From: the human T2T-CHM13v2.0 reference genome, Homo sapiens
Direction: 5' to 3' (one strand)
Length of the DNA: 64,000 nucleotides
Assembly: GCF_009914755.1 (NCBI RefSeq)
Contig: NC_060931.1
A program made the translations under genes and the position numbers. Below, one piece after another: positions 28,623 to 41,100 of the stretch. How positions within the stretch are numbered: position 1 is the first letter of the stretch; the number at the start of each line of letters is the position of its first letter. Below the pieces are notes generated by a model that was not told where the DNA came from, did no database searches, and was given only the letters and a program-made list of their open reading frames with translations.

Positions 28623-31600
28623 TGTCCTTAATGAGCTTGAAAATATCCATTTGCAGAATGAAGAAAAACAGTGTTTCCAAACTGCTGAATGAAAAGAAGG
28701 TTTAACTCTGTGAGATGAATGTGCACATCACAAAACAGTTTTGTGATGGACAAAACTAGTTTTTATCTGAAGATATTTTATTTTTAACCATAGGCCCCAA
28801 TGCGTCCAAAATATCTCTTTGCAGATACTACAAAAACACTTTTTCCAAAATGGTGAAGGAGATGAAATGTTTAAATCTGCAAGATGAATGCAGACATCAC
28901 AAGCCAGTTTCTCAGATAGTTTCCTTCTCGTTTTTATTGTTGGATAGTCGTTTTCCCCTTTGGCCTAATTAGCCTCCAAATGCCCATTAGCAAAGTGGAC
29001 AAAAACAGTGTTTCCAAACTGATGAATCCACAGAAAGGTTTAATTCTGTGAGATTAATGCACACACCACAAAGCAGTTACTCAGAAAGCTTCTTTCCAGT
29101 TTTTACCTGAAGATAATTTCTTTTTCACCATAGGCCTGAATGAGTTCCCAAATGTCAATTTGCAGATTCTACAAAAACAATGTTTCAAAACTGTTGAATT
29201 AAAAGAAAAATTTAACTCCTTGAGCTGAATGCACACATCACAAAGCATTTTCTCAGATAGCTTCCTTCTGGATTTTATCGTGGGATATTCTCTTTTTTGG
29301 CCATTGGCCTCAATGAGCTCCCAAATATCACTTCGCAGATCCTTCAAAAACAGTGTTTCCAAATTGCTGAATAAACATAATGTGTTAATTATGTGAGATG
29401 AATGCATACATCACAAAGTGGTTTCTCAGATAGCTTCCTCTTAATTTTTATCCTGAGTTTTTCAATTTTTCACCATTGGCCTCAATTCATTCCCAAATAT
29501 CCCTTTGCAGATTCTAAAAAAACTTTGTTTACAAACTACTGTATCAAAAGAATGGTTTAACTCTGTGAGATGAATGCAGACCTCACAAACAAGTTTCTCA
29601 GATAGCATCCTTCTAGTTTTTATCGTGGGATATTCACTTTTTTGCCATTGGCCACAATGAGCTCTGAAATGTCCACTTGCAGAGTGGACAAAAAGAGTGC
29701 TTCCAAACTGATGAATTAAAAGAAAGGTGTACCTCTGTGAGATGGGTGAACATGTCACAAAGCAGTTTCTCAGAAAGTTTCTTACTCGTTTTTAATCTGA
29801 AAATATTTTCCTTTTCACAATAGGCCTCAATGAGCTCCCAAAAATCCCTTCGCAGATTATACAGAAACAGTATTTCCAAACTTTTGAATGAAAAGAAAGG
29901 TTATCTCTTCAAGAAGAATGCATACATCACAAAGCGGTGTCTCAGATAGCATCCTTCTTTTTTTATATTGGGATATTCGCTTTTTCGCCATTGGCATCAG
30001 TGAGCTCCCAAATGTCCATTTGTAGAATGAACAAAAACAGTGTTTCCAGACTGCTGAATGTAAAGAAAGTTTTAACTCTGAGAGATGAATGCACACATCA
30101 CAAACCGTTTTCTCAGATATCTTCCTTCTAGTTTTTATCCTGGGATATTCACTTTTTCACCATTGTCTTCAATGAGCTTTCAAATGTCCATTCTCACAAA
30201 GGCCAAAAAAAGTGTTTCCATACTGCTGAATGAAAGGAAAGGTTTAACACTATGAGATGAATGCACACATCACAAAGCAGTTTCTCAGATAGCTTCCTCT
30301 TAGTTTTATAATGGGACTTTGGATTTTTCACCATTAGCCTCAATGAGCCCCCAAATGTCCATTCACAGAATGGACAAAAACAGTGTTTCCAAAATACTGA
30401 ATGTAAAGAAGGTTTAACTCTGTGAGATGAAAGTCCACACCACAAAGTGGTTTCTCACATACATTCCATCTAGTTTTTACCAAGGAATATTAGCTTTTTT
30501 GCCATTGGCATAAAGGAGCTCCAAAATGTCCATTAACACAATGGAGAAAAATAGAGTTTCCAAAATGCTGAATCAAAAAAAGTATAACTCTTTGAGATGA
30601 ATGCAAATATTGTGAAGCAGTTTCTCAGAAAGCTTCTTTCTAGTTTTTATCTGAAGATGTTTTCTTCACAATAGGCCTCAATGTGCTCCCATCTATCCTT
30701 TCACAGATTCTACAGAAACAGTGTTTCCAAACTGCTGAATGAAAAGAAAGGATTAACCTGTGAGATGAATTCACACATCACAAAGTGGTTTCTCAGATAG
30801 ATTCCTTCTAGTTTTTATCAGGGGATAATCACTTTTTCTCCATTTGCCTCAAAGAACCCCTTAATGTCCATTTGCAGATTCTACAAAAACAGTGTTTCCA
30901 AACTCCTGAATGAAAAAGAATGACTCAACTCCTCAAGGTGAATAGATACACCACAAATTGGTTTCTCAGATGGCTTCCTTCATTTTTATCCTGGGATATT
31001 GGGTTTTTCACCATTAGCCTCAATGAGCTCCCAAATGTCCATTCTCAGAATGGACGAAAACTGTGTTTTCAAACTGCTGAATCAAAAGAAAGGTTTAACT
31101 CTGTGAGAAGAAAGCACACATCACAAAGTGGTTTCTCTTATAGCTTCCTCTTAGTTTTTATACTGGGACATTCGATTTTTGGCCATTGGCCTCAATGAGC
31201 TCCCAAATGTCCATTCGCAGAATGGAAAAAACAGTGTTTCCAAACTGCTGAATCAAAAGAATGGTTTAACTCTGTGAGATGAATGGACACAACACGAAGC
31301 AATATCCAGGAATGCTTCTTTCCTGTTTTCCTCTGAAGATATTTTCTTTTTCACCATAGACCTCAATGAGCTCCCAATATCCTTTCACAGAATGGAAAAA
31401 AACAGCATTTCCAAACTGCTGAATCAAAAGAAAGGTTTAACTGTATGAGGTGAAGGTACACATCACAAAGCAGTTTCTCAAATAGATTCCTTGTAGTTTT
31501 TCCCTGGGATATTCCTTTTTTCACCATTGGCCACAATTTCCTCCCAAATGTCCATTTGCATAATGGACAAAAGCAGTGTTTCAAAACAGCTGAATCAAAA

Positions 31601-34600
31601 TAAGGTGTTAACTCTGTGAGATGAATGTGTAAATAACAAAGCAGTTTCTCTGAAAGCTTCTTTCTACTTTTTATCTGAAGATATTTTTTTTTCACCATAG
31701 GTCTCTATGCACCCCAAATACCCCTTCAGAGATTCTACAATAAAAGTGTTTCCAAACTCCTGAAGAAAAGAAAGGTTTACATCTAAGGTATGAATGCACA
31801 CAGTAGAAAGCAGTCTCTCAGATAGCATCCTTCTAGTTTCTATCCTCCTATATTAGCTTTTTTGCAATTGGCCTCAATGAGGTCCCAGAAGTCCATTTGC
31901 AGAATGGACAAATACGGTTTTTCCAAACTACTGAATCAAAATAAATGTTTAACTGTCTGAGAAAAATGTACACGTCACAAAGTGGTTCCTTACATAACTT
32001 CTTTCTAGCTTTTATCGTAAGATATTTTCTTTTTCACCAGAGGCCTAAATGCACTACCAAATATCCCTTCACAGATTCTACAAAAACAGTTTTTTCAGTC
32101 TGGTAAATGAAAAGAAAATTTTAACTCTGTGAGTGAATGCACACATCACAAAGCAGTTTCTCAGATAGCTTCCCCTTAATTTTTATCTTGGGATATTCAC
32201 TTTTTTGCAGTTGGCCTCAATGATCTCCCAAATGTCCATTTGCAGAATGAACAAAAACAGTGTTTCCAAACTGCTGAATCAAAAGAAAGATTTAGCTCTG
32301 TGATATGAATGCACACATCACAAAGCAGTTTCTTAGAAAGATTCTTTCTATTTCTAATCTGAATTTTTTTGTCACCATAGACCCCAATGTGATCCAAATA
32401 TCCATTCACAGATTCTGCAAAAACAGTGTTTCCAAACTGCTGAATGAAAAGAAAGGTTTTACTCTGTGAGATGAATACAAAAAACACAAAGTGGATTCTT
32501 AGATTGCTTCCTTCTATTTTTTATCTTGGGATATTCAGTTTTTTTGCCGTTGGCCCCAATGAGCTCCCAATTATGCAGTCACATAGTGGTCAAAAAAAGT
32601 GTTTCCAAACTGCTGGATTAAAAGTAAGGTTTAACTCCGTGAGGCAAAAGTCGGCATCACAAAGCACTTTCTCAGAAACCTTCTTTCTAGTTTTTACCTG
32701 AAGATATTTTCTTTTTCACCATAGTCCTCAATGCACTCTCAAAAATCCCTTCACAGATTCCACAAAAACAGTGTTTCCAAATGCTAAGAGATGAATGCAC
32801 ACATCATAAAGCAGTTTCTCAGAGAGCCTCACTCTAGTTTTTTTCCTGGGATATTCACTTTCTTGTCATTGGCCTCAAATGAGCTCCCAAATGTCCATTC
32901 ACACAAAGGCGAAGAACGGTGTTTCCAAACTGCTGTATCAAAAGAAAGGTCTAATTCTGCGAGATGAATGCACACATCACAAGCCGGTTTCTCAGATAGC
33001 TTTCTTCTAGTTTTTTTCCTGGGATATTCACTTTTTTGCCATTGACCTCAATGAGCTCCCAAACGTCCATTTGCAGAATGGACAAAAATAGTTGTTTCCA
33101 TATTGCTGAATCAAAAGAAAGTTTTATCTCTGTGAGATGAAGGCACACATCACAAAGCAATTTCTCAGAAAGGTTCTTTCTAGTTTTTATTTGAAGATAC
33201 TTTCATTTACTTCATTGGCCTCAATGCAATCCCAAATATAGCTTCACAGATTCTACAAAAACAGTGTTTCCAAACTGCTGAATGAAAAGAAGGTTAAACT
33301 CGGTGTCCCTAATGTCCATTCACAGAATGAAAAAAACAGTGCTTCCATACTGCTCAATCAAAAGAAAGTTTTAACTCTGTTAAAATTTTAAATTTGTTAA
33401 AACTTAACTGATGAACGAAAAGAAAGGTGTAACTCCGTGAGATGAATGCACACATCTCAAAACAGTTTCTCAGATAGTTTCCTTGTAGTTTTTATCCTGG
33501 AATTTTCGCTGTTTCACCACTGGCCTCAATGAGCTCACAAATGTCCTTTCCTAGAATGGATAAAAACAGTGTTTCCAAAGTGCTGAATCAAAAGAAAGTG
33601 TTGACTCTGTGAAATGGATGCATACATTGCAAAGCAGTTTCTCAGAAAGCCTCTTTTCCATTTTTTTCAGAAGATATTTTCTTTTGCACCCTAGTCCTCA
33701 ATGCCCTCTGATATGTCCTTTCACTGAAAGGATAAAACCAGTGCTTCCAAACTGTGGAATCAAAAGGAAGATTTAAATGTATGAGTGAATGGACACATCA
33801 CAAAGCCATTTCTGAGATAGCATCCTTCTAGTTTTTATCCTGGGAAATTCACATTTTCACCTTCAGTCTCAATGAGCTCTCAAATGTTTATTTGCAGAAT
33901 GGACAAACACAGAGTTTCCAAAGAACTGAATGAAAAGTGAGGTTTAACTGCAAGATGAATGCACATATCACAAAGTGATTCCACAGTTAGCTTCCTTTTA
34001 GTTGTTATCCTGGGATACTTGATTTTCACCACTGGCCTCAATTATCTCTCAAATGTCCATTCTCTGAATGGACAAAAATAGTGTTTGCAAAGTGCTGAAT
34101 CAAAAGAAAGTTTTACTTCTGTGAGATGAATGCACACATCACAAGGGAATTTCCCAGAAAACTTCTTTCTAGTTTTTATCTGAAGTTATTTTCTTTTTCT
34201 CCATAGGCCTCAATCCACTGCCAAATACCCACTCACAGATTTTACAAAAACAGTTTTTCCAAACTGGTGAATGAAAAGAAATATTTAACTCTGTGAGATG
34301 GGTGCAAAAATCACAAAGCGGATTCTCAGATAGCTTCCTTGAGTTTTTATCCTGGGATATTGGATATTTTGCCTTTGGCCACAATGAGCTCCGAAATGTC
34401 TAGTCGCAGAGTGGTCAAAAACAGTGCTTACAAACTGATGAATGAAAAGAAAGGTGTAACTCTGTGGGATGGGTGCACACATCACAAAGCAGTTTCTCAG
34501 AAAGCTTCTTTCTGATTTCTTTCTGAAAACATTTCCCTTTTCACCATAGGCCTCAATGAGCTTCAAAATATCTCTTTGCAGATTCTACAAAAACAGTGTT

Positions 34601-35180
34601 TCCAAACTGCTGAATGGAAAGAAAGGTTTACCTCTGTGAGAAGAATGCACAAAACACAAAGTGGTTTCCCATATTGCATCATTCTTTTTTTTATCCTGGG
34701 ATATTCACTTTTTTGCCATTGGCATCAATGACCTCCCAAATGTCCATTCACAGAATGAACAAAAATAGTGTTTCCAAGCTGCTTAATGAAAAGAAAGGCT
34801 TAATACTGAGAGATGAATGCACACATCCCAAACGTGGTTTCTTAGATAGCTTCATTCTAGTATTTTTCCTGGGATATTCACTTTTTTGTCATTGGCATCA
34901 ATGAGCTCCCAATTTTCCAATCACACAAAGGAGAAGAACAGTTTTTCCAAACTGCTGTATCAAAAGAAAGGTTTAACTCTGTGAGATGAATGCACACATC
35001 ACAAACCAGTTTCTCACGTAGATTTCTTCTAGACTTTTTCCTGGAATATTTGCTTTTTCACCATTGACCTCAATGAGCTCCCAAATGTCCATTTGCAGAA
35101 TGGACAGAAACAATGTTTCCACAGTGCTGAATCAAAAGAAAGTTTTAACTCTGTGAGATGAATGCACACATCACAAAGCA
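28623..35180 (-). repeat. Diverged alpha satellite, two-type family (CCTGGGATATTC / AGAATGGAC type mixed with CTGAAGATATTTTC type)
   Basis: Motifs absent left of the L1: TTTTTATCCTGGGATATTC, CATTGGCCTCAATGAGCTCCCAAATGTCCATT, AGAATGGACAAAAAC. CTGCTGAAT becomes dominant. Confidence 0.93.
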
Positions 35181-38100
35181 GTTTCAGAGAAAGTTTCTTT
35201 CTACTTTGTATCTGAAGATGATTCCTTTTTCACCATAAGACTCAATGCACTCCCGAGTATCCCTTCACAGATTCTACAAAAACAGTGTATTCAAACAGCT
35301 CAATGAAAAGAAAGGTTTAACTCTGTGAGACGAACGCACACATCTCAAAGCAGTTTCTCATAAAGCTTCTCTCTAGTTTTTATGTGAATATATTTCCTTT
35401 TCCACCATATGACTCAATGGGCTCCCAAATTTCACTTTTAAGATTCCACAAAAACCGTGTTTCCAAACATCTCAATGAACAGAAAGGTTCAGTTCTGTGA
35501 GATGAATGCACACATCACAAAGCAGTTTCTCAGAAAGCTTCTTTCTAGTTTTTATGTGAAGATATTTCCATTTTCACCATAAGACTCAGTGGACTCCCAA
35601 ATATCCCTTCACAGATTCTACAAAAACAGTGTTTCCATACTGCTCCATGAAAAGAAAGGTTTATCTTTTAGAGATAAATGCACACTTCACATAGCAGTTT
35701 CATGAAAAGTTTCTTTCTAGTTTTCTCTGAAGATATTTTTTTCAACATAGGCCTCAATGCCCTCCCAAATATACCTTCACAGATTTTACAAAAACGAGAT
35801 CCCAAACTGCTCAATTATAAGAAAGGTTTAATACTGTGAGATTAATGCACACTTCACAAAACAGTTTCTCAAAAAGCATCTTTCCAGTTTTTTGTGAACA
35901 TATCTCCTTTATCACCATAGGACTCAAAGCACTCCCAAATATCCCTTCACAGTTCCTATAAAAACAGTATTTTCAGACTGCTCAAGCAAAAGAAAGGTTT
36001 AACTGTGTCGAATGAATGCACACATCACAAAGCAGTTTCTCAGAAAGCTTTTATGTAGTTTTTATGTGAAGATATTTCCTTTATCACCATAAAACTCAAT
36101 GTGCTCCAAAATATCCCTTTGCAGTTTCTACAAAAATAGTGCTTACAAACTGCTCAATCAAAGAAAGGTTTTACTCTGTGAGATGAATGAACACATCACA
36201 AAGCATTTTCTCAGAAAGCTTCTTTCTAGTTAGTATCTGAAGATAGTTGGTTTTACACCATAGACCTCAATGCACTCCCAAATTTCCCTTTGCAGATTCT
36301 ACAAAAACCATCTTTCCAAACTGCTCAATCAAAAGAAAAGTTTAACTCTATGACATGAATTCACACCTTACAAAGCAGTTTTTCAGAAAGCTTCTTTAGT
36401 TTGTATCTGAATATACTGCCTTTCTACCCATGGGCCTCAATGAGCTCCCAAATATCCCTTCACATATTCTACAAAAAAAGTGTTTCTAAACTGCTCAATC
36501 AAAAGAAAGGTTTAACTCTATGAGATAAATGCCCACATTGCAAGGCAGTTTCAGAGAAAGCTTCTTTCTAGTTTTTATATGAAGATATTTCCTTTTTCAC
36601 CATATGCCTCAAGGTGTTCCAAATATCCTTTTGCAGTTTTTTAAAAAACTGTGTTTCCAAACTGCTAAATCAAAAGGAATTTTAACTCTCTGAGATGAAT
36701 GCTTACATCACAAACCAGTTTCTCAGAAAGCTTCTTTTTCTTTCATATCTTAAGATAATTTTTCCACCATCAGCCTTGATGCAGATGAACACACACAACT
36801 TAAAGCAGTTTCTCAAAAAGCTTCTTTGTAGTTTTTAACTAAAGATGTTTACTTTTTCACCATAAGACTCAAGGGGCACCCAAATATCCCTTTGCAGATT
36901 CTACAAAAACAGTGTTTCCAAACTGCCCCATCAAAAGAAAGTTTTATCTCTTTGAAATGAATGCACACGTCACAAAGCAGTTTCACAGAAACTTCTTTCT
37001 AGTTTTATCTGAAGATATTTTTTCACCACAGGCCTCAATGCCTTCCCAAATATCCCTTTGCAGATTGTACAAAAACAGAGATTCCAAACTGCTCAATCAA
37101 AAGAAATCATTAACTCTGTGAGAGGAATGCACATTTCCAAAGCAATTTCTCAGAAATTATCTTTATAGTTTTTATGTGAACATATTTATCACCACAGGAC
37201 TCATTGTGCTCCCAAATATCTTTTAGCAGTCCTTACAAAAACAGTGTTTCCAAACTGCTCAATCAAAAGACTGCTTTAACTCTGTGAGATGAACACACAC
37301 TTCTCAAAACAGTTTCTCAGAATGTTTCTTTCAAGTCTTTATGTGAAGATATTGCCTTTTCCCCGTAAGACTCAATGGGCTCCCAAATATCCCTTTGCAG
37401 ATTCTACAAAAACAGTGTTTCCAAATGGCTCAATCAAAAGGAAGTTTTAACTCTGTGAGATGAATGCATGCATCACAAAGCTGTTTCTCAGAAAGCTTCT
37501 TTCTAGTTTTTATGTGAAGATGTTTCCTTTTTCACCATAAGACTCAATGTGTTCCCAACTATTCCTTTGCAGGTTCTACAAAGTCTTTCCAAACTGCTCA
37601 AAGTTTATCTCTGTGAGATGAATGCACATATCATAAAGCAGTTTCACAGAAAGTTTCTTTCTAGTTTGTATCTGGAGATATTTCCCTTTTTAACATAGGC
37701 CTCAATGCTCACCCAAATATCCCTGTTCAGATTCTACAAAAACACTGTTTGTGAATGCCTCAATGAAAAGAAAGGTTTAATTCTATAAGACGAATGCACA
37801 CATCACAAAGCAGTCTGTCAGAAAGCTTCTTTCTAGATTTTATGTGAAGATATTTCCTTTTCCACCATAGGTCTCAATGCACTACAAATATATTTTGCAG
37901 ATTCTACAAAACAGGTGTTTCCAAATTGCTCAAGCAAAAGAAACGTTTAACTCTGTGAGATGCATGCACTCTTCACAAACAGTTTCTTCAGAAAATATCT
38001 TTCAAGTTCTTATTTGAACATATTTCCTTTATCACCATGGGACTCTATGCATTCCCAAATATCCCTTCACAGTTTCTACAAAAACAGTGTTTCCAAGGTG

Positions 38101-41100
38101 CTACATCAAAAGAAAGTTTTATCTCTGTGAGATGAATGCACACATCTCAAAGCAGTTTCTCAGAAAGCTTCTTTATTAGTTTTTATGTGGAATTATTTCC
38201 TTTTCACCACATGCCTCATTGTGCTCCCAAATATCCCTTCACAGTTTGTAAAAAAAAAAGTGTTTCCATACTGCTCAATCAAAATAAAGGTTTAATTCTA
38301 TGAGATGAATGCACGCAACACAAAGCAGTTTCTAAGAAAGCTGCTTTCTAGTTTTTATATGAAGATATATTCTTTTTCACCATTGGCCTCAATGGGCTCC
38401 AAAGATCCTTTTGCAGATGCTACAAAACCAGTGTTTACAAATTGCTCAATCAAAAAGAAGTTTTAACTCTGTGAGATGAATGCACTCATCATGAAGCAGC
38501 ATCTCATAAAGCCTGTTTTTAGTTTATATCTGAAGATATATCATTTTTCACCATAGACCTAAATCTGCTCCCAAATATCCCTTTACAGTTTCTTCAAAAA
38601 CAATGTTTCCAAACTGCTCAATCAAAAGAAAGTTTTAACTCTTTGAGATGAATGCACCCCTCATAAAGCAGTTTCAGAGAAAGCTCATTTCTAGTTTGTA
38701 TATGAAGATATTTCCTTTATCACCATGGGCCTCAATGCGCTCCTAAATATCGCTTCTCAGATTCTGTAAAAACAGTGATCCCAAAACTCTCAATCAAAAG
38801 AGAAATTTAACTCTGTGAGATGAATTCACACACCACAAAGCAGTTTTTCAGAAAGCTTATTTCTTATTTTTATGTGAAGTTATTTTATTTTTCACAATAG
38901 GCCTCAAAGTACTCCAAATATCTTTCTGCAGATTCTACAAAAACAGTGTTTCCAAACTGCTCAATCAAAAGGAAGGTTTAACTCTGTGGAATGAATGCAC
39001 TCATCACAAGCACATTCTCAGAAAAATTCTTGTAATTTATATCTGAAGATATTTCCTTTTTCACAACAGGCCTCAAAGCGAAACAAAATATCCCTTTGCA
39101 GATTCTACAAAAACAGAGTTTCCAAACTGCTCAATCAAAAGAAAGGTTTAACTCTGTGAGATGAATGCACACATCACAAAGCAGTTACTCAGAAGGCTTC
39201 TTTCTCTTTTTTATATGAACATAATTTCTTTTTTTAATTTTTATTTTATTATTATTATACTTTAAGATTTAGGGTACATGTGCATGATGTGCAGGTTTGT
39301 TACATATGTATACATGTGCCATGTTGGTGTGCTGCACCCATTAACTCATCATTTAGCATTAGGTATATCTCCTAATGTTATCCCTCCCCCATAATTTCTT
39401 TATCACCATAGAACTCAATGCGCTCCCAAATATGCCTTCACAGAGTCTACAAAAACAGTGTTTCCAATATGCTCAATAAAAATAAAGCTTTAAATGCATG
39501 AGATAAATGCACACATCACAAAGCAGTTTCTCAGAAAGCTTTTTTCTAGTTTTCATGTGAAGATATTTGCTTTTTCACCACTGACCTCAATGGGCTCCAA
39601 ATATCCTTTTGCACATTCTACAAAAACAATGTTTCCTAACTGCTTAATCAACAGGAAGCTTTAACTCTTTGAGATGAATGCACTAATCGTAAACCAGTTT
39701 CTCAGAAAGCTTCTTTCCAGTTTTTATGTGAAGATATTTCCTTTTGCAAAATAGGCCTCAAAGCGGAAAAAAAAACCCTCGCAGATTCTACCAAAATGGT
39801 GTTTCTGAACTGCTCATTTAAAAAAAAAGGTTTAACTCTGTGAGATGAATGCAGACATCACAAAGCAGTTTCGGTGAAAGCTTCTTTCTATTTTGTATCT
39901 GAAGATATTTCCTTATTCACCATAGGCCTCAATGCACTCTCAAATATCCCTTCGCAGATTCTACAAAAACAGTGTATCCTTACTACTCAATCAAAAGAAA
40001 GGTTAAACTTTATGAGATAAAAGAAAACATCACAAAACAGTTTCTCAGAAAGCTTCTTTTTTGTTTATATCTGAAGATATTTCCTTTTTCACCATAGACT
40101 TCAAAGCACAAATATTCCTTCGCAGATACTACAAAAGCAGTGTTTCCAAAAGGATCAATCAAAAGAAAGGTTTAACTCTGTGAGATGAATGCACACATCT
40201 CATAGTAGTTTCAGAGAAAGCTTCTTTCTAGTTTGTATCTGGAGATATTCACACATCACAATACAGTTTCTCAGAAAACATCTTTCTAGTTTTTATGTGA
40301 AGGTATTTCATTCTTCACAATTAGCCTCAATGAGCTCCCAAATATCGTTTTGCAGATTCGAAAAAAAAAGTGTTTCCAAATTGCTCAATCAAAAGGAAGG
40401 TTTAATTCTGTGAGATGAAAGCACACATCACAAAGCAGTTCCTCAGTGAGTTTCTTTCTAGTTTGTATCCTAAGGTATTTCCTTTCTCACCATAGGGCTC
40501 AATGCACTCCCAAATATCCCTTTGCAGATTCCACAAAAACAGTGTTTCCAAACTGCTCAATCAAAAGAAAGGTTTAACTCTGTGAGATGAACTGCACATC
40601 GCAGAGCAGTTTCAGAGAAAGCTTCTTTCTAATTTGTATCTGAAGATATTTCCTTTTTCACCATGGGCCTCAAAACGTTCCAAAATATCTCCTCACAGAT
40701 TCTACATAAAGAGTTTTCCAAAACTTCTCAGTGTAAAGAAAGGTTTAACTCTATGAGATGAATGCACACATCACTATGCAGTTTGTCAGAATGCTTCTTT
40801 CTAGTTGTTTATGTGAAGATATTTCCTTTTTCTCCATTGGCCTCAAGGTGCTCCCAAATGTCCTTTTGCAGATTCTGAAAAAACAGTGTTTCCAAATGGT
40901 TCAATCAAAAGAAAGTTTTAAATCTGTGAGATGAATGCACACATCACAAATAGTTTCTCAGAAAACTTCTTTCCATTTTCTTTGTGAATATATTTTCATT
41001 ATTAACATGGGACTCAATGTGCTCCCAAATATGCCTTCGCAGTTTGTACAAAAACGGTGTGTCCAATCTGCTCAATCAAAAGAATGGTTTATCATTGTGA

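Noticed and set aside
39232-39389. Possibility that the L1 stub is the displaced missing 3' end of the large L1
   Set aside because: It has its own TSD, lies on the 5' side of the large element and covers only the last ~130 nt, so it is an independent insertion.
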